DNA of 64,000 nt, from NCBI GenBank assembly GCA_001179505.1, contig CDMY01000553.1:1-64000 (forward strand), given 5' to 3'. The notes below the pieces were generated by a model. That model was not told the origin of the DNA. It did no database searches and saw only the letters and a list, made by a program, of their open reading frames with translations. Below, one piece after another: positions 51,101 through 61,870 of the stretch (the first letter of the stretch is position 1; each line of letters begins with the position of its first letter). The position numbers and the translations under genes are program-made. Origin of the DNA: Vitrella brassicaformis CCMP3155. Lineage: Eukaryota > Protista > Chromerida.

Positions 51101-54100
51101 GGATGTAGAGGGGAAGGGGCACCATGACGAGGACCATGCAGCTCAGCAGGAAGAGAAGGATGGGTGGTCGGGCGACGAGGAGGTGTGCCTGGGCGGCGTC
51201 GACGAGGGCCCTGCTGCACGGAGGCGGCGTGAGGAGGCGGCCAAGAGAGAGGAGCAACCGCAGAAACCGAAACGCAAAGAAGACAAGGTGACGTGACCAA
51301 AGGGCCGGGTTGGCTTCGTGAATGGAATGTGTGTGCATCCCATCCATCGATGCATCTGTGGGTGTGTGCCTTGCGTTGCAGGTGTGGTACAACAGTCGGA
51401 GCGTGGAGGACGTGTTGTTAGAGGTCAAGACCGACTGGGAGCGTGTGGGCATCGCCAAGCTGAGTGCGGCGGTCGACTGGACAGAGGACAAGCTCCGCAA
51501 CAGCGACGACGGCATCAAGTTTGTCATCTTCGCACACCACCTACACATACTCGACAAACTGAGTGTGAGCCAACACACACGGGCCGACGGAGGGAGGGAT
51601 AGCCAAGTAAGTGCATGTGTGATGCTGTTTGTCGGTCGACAGTGTTTGCTGCGGAGGGTGTTGGATCGCCTCAAGAGCGAAGAGGGGCCGGTGCAGATGA
51701 TACGCATTCAGGCGAGAGAGATACATACCTACCTAAAGCCATTAAAGCCATGCCATGCACTGTCTAACACACTTCTTCACTTCACTCACCGTGTCTGACT
51801 GTGGTGTGGTGTGTGCAGGGTTCCACTTTGTCAGAGGATCGGTTCAAGCTCCTCGACGACTTCAAGCGCAGACCCAACGTGAGGCTGGCACTCATCTCAA
51901 TCGGAGCCGGCAACGAAGGGGTCAGTGAGTGACCACACCGCACCGCACCGCACCACACATATATATTACAATCCAACCATGCCCTGCCCTCTCTCCCTCT
52001 CTCCCTCTCTGTGTGTGTCAATCAGATTGACCTGTCGGCTGCCTCAGTGGGCATCTTTGTGGAGCTGCCCGATGACTCCCACGTGCTGGGCCAGGCAGAG
52101 GGCCGGCTGCACCGCCGTGGTCAGAAGCGCAACGTCAACATCTACTACCTCATGGCTGGCGAGGTCGATCCCACGGTCGAGTCGCTGGACACCAAGGCGG
52201 GGCTGAGCAAAAAGGCCAGCAAGCGGGGCACCGGCAAGCGGCGTAGGGGCGATGCGAGTAGGGATGATGAGGGGGACCGGCTGTCACTGGAGGTCGACCG
52301 CTTGTCATTCAGATTTCAGAATATGGACATAGTGTAAGCCAGGCATCAACACACACACACACACACACACACACAGAGATGGTTCAAAAAGGAATGGATT
52401 GTGTGTGGGGCTGTGCCCTTCAGCCGTTGGCAAACGTTTGGGCAGAGCATCGACGACGTGTCAGCCGCGGTGGACGGCCCCGAACGGCACTTCGACGGGC
52501 TGAAGGCGCAAGCGCCCGACCAGCCCGACCAGCCTGACGTGCCAGAGCAAGAGCAGCAAACCGAGGACACCAACGCCGCACCCAAGGAGGAGGAGGAGGA
52601 GGAGGAGGAGAAGGCATCAGCAGCAGCGGCGGCCCAACCAGCACCAGCCCCAGCTGCAGCAGCCTCTTCTGATGTGGCCAAGGACAGCAAGGGTGATGAT
52701 GACGAGACTGAGGAAGACGTGCGCAAGCACTATTTCGAGATCTCCCCACACACAGGTCGGGTCGGTCAGGCAGACGGCTCAGCCAGCCAACACATGGCCG
52801 GCCACCTGCTAACACAGTGCTGCTGTGTGGTCCCTCCCTGCAGGTCGTGTCCACGTGTTTGGTTCGCCCGACGAGTCTGACGCCATCGGCCTCAACTTCA
52901 CCCGGGCTGAGCTGCAGCCGGATCGGGCTAACATGGGTCAGTCAGTCAGATATTTGCGGCAGATGGATGCTACCATGATTACGCTCCATCAGCTGCGTGT
53001 GATGTGATGTGTGTGCAGAGTGCACCAAGGCGGTGCAGCGTGAGGCAATCCAGTTCGTCAAGGAATACGAGGAGCTTCGGCCGGGCGAGCGACGACTCCT
53101 CAAGTGAGTGAGGCACTCACTAGCTAGCCACACACGAGACGAGACGCGCCAATGGTCGAGCCCTTTGTTTGCCTGGATGGATGGCACAGGTACGTCCCTG
53201 CGTGTCTTCCCCTGCGTGAGTTTGTGGATGATCTCAAGGAGGAGGGCGCGTCGTCGCAGGCACGGTCGCCAACGAGCGGCAGCACCAACCGATTCAAATC
53301 CAGGTAGATACCTATGTGTGGATGGTATGCACTTAGCTAATAACGAGTGAGTAACCACACACATACACGCTTACAACGCAGGATGGAGCTGGACAAGGAG
53401 ATGCCCGAGGGAGCCCACCGCGTGCTGTCGGAGGTGTACCTGCCCAACAGGAAGCGCACCGTCCACTACATCCAGGGCCGATTCCCCGACGGCACCTACC
53501 TCTGCGTGTCCTGCCACGGGCCGCTACCCTCTCAACGCAACAAGCCCCCCCAGCCCCCCCAGCCCCCCCAGGCAGCCCCCGCTGCGGCAGCAGCTGCTGC
53601 TGCTGCAGATGACGGTGGCCCTGCGCCGATGGATGTTGACGAGGAGGCATCGCAGCCTCCCGAGCAGAGGCATCGTGATGAGGGCTGGGAGGAGGTCCGT
53701 CAGTGCAGTGAGGCGGACCTCTTCTGTTGCGGGGAGTGCCGCGCTTCTTACTTCATCAAGAGGAGCCACTTCAGCCTCAGGAAACAGGTAAGTACGGATG
53801 AACAGACAGACAGACACCGCGAGTGACTGTCTGTCTGTCTGTCTGGGTGACTTGACTTTGTTTAAATGTCAGTTGTTTGAGCTTGAGAAGGGCGTTTGCA
53901 ACCACTGCATGCTCGACTGCCACTCCTTGGTGGTCGACCTCAGGACAATGGTGAGTAAGTGAGCACACACATACACCCAGAACCCCATCCTTCCTACCTC
54001 TGGTCGGTGCCGTGCTGTGTGCGTTTGCGTGTCAGTCTGGCACCGACCTGAAGCGCCGCGAGGACTTCGTCATTCAGCAGGCACCCGAGGTGAGTGAGTA

Positions 54101-55324
54101 CGACACACAGCACGACTGGCGTGACATAACATCAATCTTGTGTGTCTGTGTGTTGTGTGGTTTATGTCCATAATCAGTGGAAGGGCACGGCTGCGTTGAT
54201 GGCGCTGATCCAGAATCCGATGGACGGCCGGTGCTGGGAGGCCGACCACATCGTGCCCGTCAGCCGCGGAGGCGGCGAGTGCTCCATCGACAACCTGCAA
54301 ACACTATGCAAGTCAGCGTCGGAGGGAGCTTCACACATAGACAGACACACTGACAGACCGTCCGTCCGTCCGTCCGTCCATTGCAATTCTCACACTTGTT
54401 TTTCTTTTGTTCAGGGTGTGTCACCAGCGCAAGACATGTCGTGAGGCGAAGGAGGCGGCCGCCGCACGCCGCCGCCCCAAGAACCAGCCACCCATCACCA
54501 TCTGGGCACAACAACACGGCCACAACGCCGATCCACCCCTCCCACCCAAGCAGCGTCGAAGGCGGCCCCAGGGCAGGTCAGACGACCAGCAGCACCAGGC
54601 GGCGAAGGGCAAGGCCAAAGGCAAGAAGCGCGCCAGGACCAGTGCAGCCAAGAAGGCCGTGCAGGTTGATAGCGACTTGGAGTCGGATGAGGACGATGGT
54701 CAGGCCCCGCGGCCAGCGGTCATGATTGATCTCGCGGAGGACTCCCTGGGGTCGTCGGCGTCGGCCAGGCCCCCACCCCAGAGGAGGACGGTGGGTGTGA
54801 AGAAGGAGCAGAAGGAGGACATGGTCATCGACCTGCTCTCACATGGGCCGGCCTCTGCTGCACCGCCCACCAGGCAGAGGAAGAGAGCGACCAAGCGGCA
54901 GAAGCAGCAAGGTGGCGATGGGACAGAGGGAGGGGGCGACGGCGAGAGCTTCCTCTGCGTGCGGTGCGGCGAGAGCTTCTCCACCCAGCACCAGCTCCTG
55001 GAGCACACGATCGACCGGCTCCTCGGCGCAGATCACCGTATGCTCAGCGAGCTGGAGGGAGGGGTGAGGGCCCGACCAACACCAACACCAACAGCAATGG
55101 CCGAGCAGCAGCCGTCGACATCTGTCCGGTCTGGGCAGGTGGTGTGCCCTGTGGCTGGCTGTGGTGTCCGTGGGTCTGTGGAGAGTCTGGTGCGTCATGC
55201 CCTGCCGTCCCACTATCGTGGTCCGCTCGAGTATGAGCACCAGCGGTGGCTGGGCAGGGTGGCATTGGCCTTCATTGAGGGGAGGAACAATGAGGCCGTC
55301 AGAGAGTTTGTGGGAGGGGGGTAG
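48165..55324 (+). CDS. ZRANB3: ZRANB3-like SNF2 annealing helicase with C-terminal HNH endonuclease
   Basis: LHPFQKEG, VLIGDEMGLGKTLQAI, DESHRV, MIRRLKCDVL, FVIFAHH, QAEGRLHRRGQ, FEISPHTGRV, LFELEKGVC and WEADHIVPVSRGGGECSIDNLQTLC. Confidence 0.88.
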
Positions 55325-55642
55325 GCAGCCAGGCGGGCGGCCAGGGAGGGGGGCGTGCGCGCCATCCTGGTAGGAGACTCTTTTCTGTGTATTTGTGTAT
55401 TGTCAATAGGAATTCATCATCCCCTTAATGGCACATCGGCCATTCATACGCGTGCGACACCAATGTCCTTGAATTTGCTGCCTCTGCCCCTATGCTGCCT
55501 TCGCCAGCGGCACTCAGGCTTGACCGTGGTCACGGTGGGCCCCAGTGCCACCGAGGAAGTCAAGCAAGATGCAGCGGCAACCGAGTCCGTCGTAGGCGCA
55601 CATCAACACCATACACGCCACCCCACATCAGAATGTGGGGTG

Positions 55643-55700
55643 GCGATCGTTCACAGATATCTGCGATCGTTCACAGATATCTGCGATCGTTCACAGATAC
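55643..55700. repeat. Tandem repeat, 20-bp unit GCGATCGTTCACAGATATCT, about 3 copies
   Basis: Read directly from the sequence. Confidence 0.95.
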
Positions 55701-55890
55701 ATACGTCAACTCAAAACAGGCAGCAGACCACTCACTACTGCACTGCAAAGGTGCCAACCCTCGCATCGGACCACTGTGACAAACACACCGCTTCACTCTG
55801 ACAGCCCCGTGCTCGATCAATCAGCCACATACATACAGACAGCAAGTCTGACAGCGGGCAACTCCAGCACTTGTAAGCTCCACAGCTGGC

Positions 55891-56241
55891 TCAGAATCGG
55901 TAGTAGGGGTCGAGCTTCTGAAAGGGCAGTCTTGCCGCCACCGGGTCATACTCCTGCACATAGTCCACCATGGCTGCATTCTTGAGCGCCGCGTCCAGCT
56001 CCGCCTCGTGGCACCGCTGCTTGTCCTGGTACCTCTTGCGGCTGGCCAGGGCAATGGCCTCTGAGTCGAACCATGCCGTCTTGACGAACAGGTAGCTGAG
56101 CTGCAGGGGGTAGATGGCGAGGCCCAGCCCCGCGCCGAAGAGGATGGAATGAGCGACGGAGGGGCCTCGGAAGATGTTGTTGAAGATGGCCACGGCGCCG
56201 CTCTGCAGCCGACTGGCGAAGGTTGGGGGAGGCGTCGCCAT
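55891..56241 (-). CDS. Small myzozoan-specific mitochondrial ATP synthase subunit (Toxoplasma ATPTG-like), 116 aa, intronless
   Basis: MATPP...RGPSVAHSILFGAGLG...WFDSEAIALASRKRY...EYDPVAARLPFQ. Recalled as matching a Toxoplasma ATP synthase accessory subunit; subunit number not asserted. Confidence 0.7.
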   Translation of the reverse strand: MATPPPTFASRLQSGAVAIFNNIFRGPSVAHSILFGAGLGLAIYPLQLSYLFVKTAWFDSEAIALASRKRYQDKQRCHEAELDAALKNAAMVDYVQEYDPVAARLPFQKLDPYYRF

Positions 56242-56385
56242 ACTTGGGCAGCGCAGCACAAACAGAGGCAGATCTGCAGCGGATGTGGATCTCCAACACG
56301 ATCAGGGTTTCTGAGGTTTAGGGTATGGCTGGCGTCTGGCACGAGTGAGGGCTTCCTCCCAACCCGAGGCTGAACCCGACTGAAG

Positions 56386-58125
56386 ATGGACACAGGAGGG
56401 CTTGACAGCTGGAACTTGCTCAAGCAGAGGCTGCGGCACCTACAAACTGAGCTCGAGGCCAAGCTCCAGGAGCTATCGCAGCTCAACACCTCTGTGGCGC
56501 AGCACAGACAGCAGCAACAGCAGCAGCAGGCGGCCTCATCAAGCAGGTAACTAAGTAGATACAAGGGGGGCACACACGGCAGGAAATGACGACGACAAAC
56601 AAACAGCTCTTGTGTGATGTGGCTTGGCTGTTCAGTGGCGCGTCGAGCAGCGGCAGCCGTGCAGCTATTCTGGAGAGCCAGATCCACATCGTTGCCGACA
56701 TCAAAGAGGACATCGAGAGGGGGCTCAAAGAGGTCGCACCGCACCCAGGGAGCTCCCTGGTTCCATACATACGTTTCATGCCCCATCTGTCTGTCTGTCT
56801 GTCTGTCTGAACGTGAATGTGGGCGTTCAGGCGACCGATTTGGTGTCGAAGCTCCCCCGTCATGCGCAGAATCCGCAGCAGACGGCGCAGATGGAGCGGT
56901 TCCGCGACATATTCCAAGACCTCTCACGAAGCTACAGAAAGACAGCCGTACGCACTGCACACAAAGCTTTGTGGACACTGATGGATGGGCCAAAGAGGTT
57001 GGGTGGGTTGGAGTGTTTGTGTGCCTTTCTGTCTGTATGTATCATGCATTGTGTCTTTCAGGGCAGCCTCGAGTACCAGTACCAGCACATCAACCTGATG
57101 GGCAACGCTAGGTAGGTAGTAGAACCCAACACACTGCTGGGGCGCCCAAGAAGAGACGAGACGACACAACACAACACGCATCGCGTCCATCCATCCATCC
57201 CGTGCTTCAGAAACCGCCGTCAGGACTCGTCGGACGCGTCCGCCAATCTGATCCGCGAGAGGACGGCGCTCGACACCTCCCTCACCATGCTGGATGACAT
57301 TCTCGGGTAAACCAAATGCACACACACCAGACAACACACACACACACAGGCAGGCAGGCAGGCTGGCTGGGAGGAGCGGTTGCAACCTTAGAGTAAGGCT
57401 TGACCCCGTCGTCGTGAGTGACCGATACCCTTTGCTCATAGACTTCCATCGCAAGCCGACACACACACATCCACACACATGGCATGTGCTGCTTGCTTCT
57501 CCGAGTCGGCGGGGCCCTCGCTCATGCCTCCCCTACTATCGATGCGAGTGGACACTCACACACGCACTCACTCTTGTCTGATGCCGTGTCGTGTCTTGTG
57601 TGATGTGATGCAGGCAGGGCACGTCCACTCGTGATATGCTGGCGTCGCAGCGGGCACGGTTCAAAAACATCGGCGAAGGCGTCGGGAGACTAGGTGGGCG
57701 GGTGGGCGGGCAGGAGCAAACAAGACACCCACAGATGGTCAGCGTGACATCTGTATGGTTGGTTGGCTGTCTCGTCGTGCAGGCCAGTACTTCCCAGACG
57801 TCGACCGCCTCCTCCATCGCATAGGTAACTCTCACACCAGAATGACAACACCACACCCACCTTCCCTCCTCCCACCCGTCCTTGCGTGTTGCCATGTCTG
57901 TCTCTCTGTCTGTCAGGTGTCCGGCACATCCGTGAGCGTCTGATCCTGGGCCTGACGATCGGCCTGTGCCTGTGCTTCATCATCTGGTGGATGCTGCCCG
58001 CCACCGAGGCTCCCTACGGGCAGACCATGGACTCATTCGACGCCGCCGGGGAGAAGTTCGCGGCCGCTGATGCTGATGCTGCCGCTGGGGGTGCCGATGC
58101 AGCACAACAGGCGGGGGGCGGGTAG
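56386..58125 (+). CDS. GOSR1: Golgi Qb-SNARE GOS1/GOSR1
   Basis: SWNLLKQRLRHLQTELEAKL, MERFRDIFQD, LIRERTALDTSLTMLDDIL, MLASQRARF, FPDVDRLLHRI and C-terminal TM LILGLTIGLCLCFIIWW. Confidence 0.85.
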
Positions 58126-59007
58126 AGCTCCACGTCGCTGAATTGATGGATGACAGATGTTTGGTTGCGAGTCGTGATCTTCCTTGCATTGCGGTTTTCG
58201 GAGACGCTAGGGGAATCCCATGATGCTCCACGGCACGTCTTGAGTGACGTGTTGACAGAGTTTTTTGGGCGGCCTCTTGCGGCTCCGGAACTGGGTGCAA
58301 GGACGGACACATGTACACGAACGTGTGTGTGTAGATGATAGAGGATGATCGATGTGACTTGATTACTGACGGACTCTTTGCGTGCGCTTGATGCGAGGTA
58401 TGCGATTAAGTCTCTTCCGACGAAAGATGAAGTGTTGTCGCATCACACGACACATGCAGTGCAGCTACGGGTGGCCACTCGGATCGCCCTGCAGCTAGCC
58501 CATCGAGGGCGCCGTTCTGATCGATAGCAGTGGCAACCAGTGGCAGGCGTTTCTTGCCAGTTCCGTCGACCAGAATGACGCCCTTTGATGGGCGCCGCAG
58601 GGCAGGCAGATTCAGCAGCAAACACAACACAATAAGCCCCATACCGATGGCGTCTGTAGTGACTCTGAGCTGGTCTGCAGCTCTCATCACTTCGTTGACA
58701 AGCCACGCACGAAATCACACATCACTCTACCTGCCACTCACCGACCAGAATCCATCCATCCATCCCACCCCTCATGGCCATGCGTGAGGACTACCCCCGC
58801 CCGCAGCCCATCCGTCCGTCTGTCTCATCTCCTCTGTGTACCTCTACAGAGCACCGCCGTGTCTATCGTACATTCGCACTCGTTCTCACCCGCCCGCATC
58901 CGTGGAAAAATCTCTCGGGCATTTCCCTCTCTCTCCTCCCTCCCTCCCTCTCGGCCTCTCTCTGCCCCTTGACCAATGAATGCACCCTTCCTTCCCCGTC
59001 TGTCAAA

Positions 59008-61624
59008 TCATCCAAACTTCTGTTTGGCGAGTGAGTACAGGAGTGTGCCGAGGATGGCCACACCCGAGCCGATGGCCCCCAGTGGCGTGATGGGGTTGCG
59101 GAAGACCACGATGGACGCCAGGATGATGACGACACGCTTCATCGTGTTGCCAACGGCGTGAGTCACCGGGTTGACGCGACTCAGCGCCAGGAAAGCAACC
59201 TCGTTGTAGAGGTAATAGCTAAGAACAGACAGCGGCAAACAATGCAATCATACACATGGCATGTGTGAGGTGCTGCAAACTGCTGCGGTTAGCGCTCACA
59301 AGATGCCGCTGAGGACCACCAGTTTGGCGAGGGCCAAGTCGGTGACGCCATTCGCCACGGCCGCCTGCCAATTGGGCACGAGCGTCTTGTACTCGAAGAA
59401 CTACATGAACAGACAGACAGACAGAGTGACCAACGATGCGGTGAGAGACGGCCGTGACTGATAGGTCTCGTATCTCTGTTCGCTCACTGCCGAGAGTGGC
59501 AGCAGAGCGATGCAGCTGATGATGGTCAGCAGCGAATACTGGTTGGCTGCCGTGAGGTTCTCACCTGAAGGCGCCAAGAGAAAGCCAAGATGCATCCGTC
59601 CAGTGTTGAGGCATGCATTGTGTCTGGCGGGTGGCTCGTGCAGGCAGGCCTTTGCTGCGTCCGTACGTACCGACTGCTTTGGGGTCGCTCATGGTCTTCT
59701 TGCCGAAGATGCCCCGCAGACTCGACGATATATTTGACAGCATGGCGAAACCTGCACACGCGGCACGGCAGACAGGCAGGCAGGCAGGCAGGAGTGGCGC
59801 TGAGCGTCCGGTGTTCTCTCTCCCTCTCTTCCTCTTCCTCTCCCTCTCTCTGCCCGCCTACCGAATGAAGTCCAGGTGAATGAGAGTTCCTTTGCCGACG
59901 CCAGGCCGACACCAGCCACCACAGGAATCAGCGCACTGTACGTTATGGGGCTGCACACACCACACACCACACACCACACACACAGACACACAGACAGAGA
60001 GAGAGAGACAACAACCCAAACAAATGGATAGATAAGCGGGAAGGCGGCGTGTGAATGTACTGGAGTATCCCTGTTGCCCTGCCCTGCTGCGCTGCGTACC
60101 TACCTGAGGTATTGTCCGAGGACCGCTGCTGAGAGCCCGGCAGTGAAGACCGGCTCGGCGGCCTTGACGATGTGGGCAAACGACACCGCACCAGCGCCCT
60201 ACACACACAATACGAACAAAGAAAGACGAGAAGAGTGAAAGATGCACTCGCAGCTTCTCTCTTTCTTCTTGCCTTCTCTCCTCCGTACCAGTGCGACGAC
60301 GGCGCCGACGTGGGTGCCGGTGTGGAAAAGCCCCTGTGGGATGAGCGTCTTGAGTGCGCCCTCCTTGAGCTTCGGCGCCTTCCTGATGCCCGTCAGCCAC
60401 AGCGGCAGGAACAGCGGAATGCCGATGAACTGACGACACAGACATACACACATACATAAAGGTACACAAAGGCGCACAGCACATGGTGTGGCTGGGCTGG
60501 CTATCATCGGTCTCTGTCGGCTAAGCTAACCATTTGTGCCCATGCGACGGACCAGGGGTTGGGCAGGACGTTGAGCGCCTGCTTGTTGTAGATGTTGTAC
60601 AGAATGTTGAACGCATACCTAACACAAGTCAGTCAGCAAACAAACAAACAAACAAACAAGCAAACAATCCGTCGTCGACGCACAAATCAAATCAGCCTCC
60701 CGGCGTCAGCAGTCAGTGCTCACCATAGCGCGAAGTATGTGCCCGTCTTGAGCGTCTCCCCGAGGTCGCTCTTCTTGCCAGGTGCCGTCGAAACTGACAC
60801 ACAGCACAGCACAGCACAGCACAGCACAGCACACACACCAGCCAGGCCAACGATCGCCACTCATCAGGGCCAGCGTGTGCATGCCTATGCCTTTCACACT
60901 AACTAACATGTTTTGGGTATGTCGACTTTATCAATGGTGGTGGCGCTGTCGCCCGTCTCAGTGGACATCAGCAGAGGGCGCATCCTGCAGCACACCAGAC
61001 AGACACACGACAGACTTCCACACAGACAGACTACCAGAAAGACAATCGGTCCTGTCCTGTCCTGTGAGCTCCCTCCCTCCCTCACGCGTCAGCATGTTTC
61101 CTCAGTGGGCTCATCTGCGTCCTTCTCAGCACCTTGGCAGTGGCGCCATACTGCCCGCCGCCGCCCACAAAGCCCTCAGCCGACCTCAGCAGCTGCTCGA
61201 GCCCCTCATTTGCACCGTCATTGGCACCATCCATGACCTGTGCCTCCAGTCTCTCCCCGGCCTCTTCAATGGCAGGCAGCACTCTTGTCGCGAACACCTC
61301 GCCCATCCGCTGATACGCACCCATGATGGTCGGATCTGCCTCCAGCACATCGACGAAGGCCTCCGCTGCCTCCTTTTCACTGCTTCTTGCATTGAGGGCG
61401 GTGTGGAAGGCATCAGACACTGCTGCGTTGCTGTCGAGGGCGGTGGTGAAGGCTGCGACGGCCTCTGTCACATCAGGGTTGGTGAATGGGGCGAGGAAGG
61501 GGCTGCCTTCGTCAAGGGCGATGTCCTGCAGCGCTGCATCGGGATCTACGGATGGCGGGCGGTGGCTGCAGACAAGGGGCAGCGTATGCGTCAAAACAAA
61601 GATCCAACAAATGCCTCGACTCAT
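59008..61624 (-). CDS. Plastid triose-phosphate/phosphate translocator (TPT/PPT family) with an N-terminal leader
   Basis: YAFNILYNIYNKQALN, GAVSFAHIVKAAEPVF, LIPVVAGVGLAS, YNEVAFLALSRVNPVTHAVGNTMKRVVII and GSGVAILGTLLYS. Confidence 0.9.
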
Positions 61625-61870
61625 CGTTCACCACCACAGAATGTTGGGGTCTGATTAGCAGGGTTTGTGCACGCTCAGCTTGCAGACTTGCAAGGTTTCT
61701 CATTCCGTGAAACTGCCCGTTCTGAAGGTCTCTTCTCTTTGGGCTGATTGTGGCTCGTGTGCAGCACCAGAGAAGACTGTTCAGAACCACAGACGACAGT
61801 CGTATACAGACCGCTTTCATCGGCGGCAGCGGGTGAGAGGGAATGCATTGCAGGCAGCGAATGCATCACC

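Noticed and set aside
55643-55700. CRISPR array
   Set aside because: Head-to-tail repeats without spacers, no cas genes, eukaryotic context.
58150-58720. Small ORFs with hydrophobic starts between GOS1 and the translocator
   Set aside because: One begins 25 nt after the GOS1 stop; probably 3' UTR sequence with no supporting motifs.
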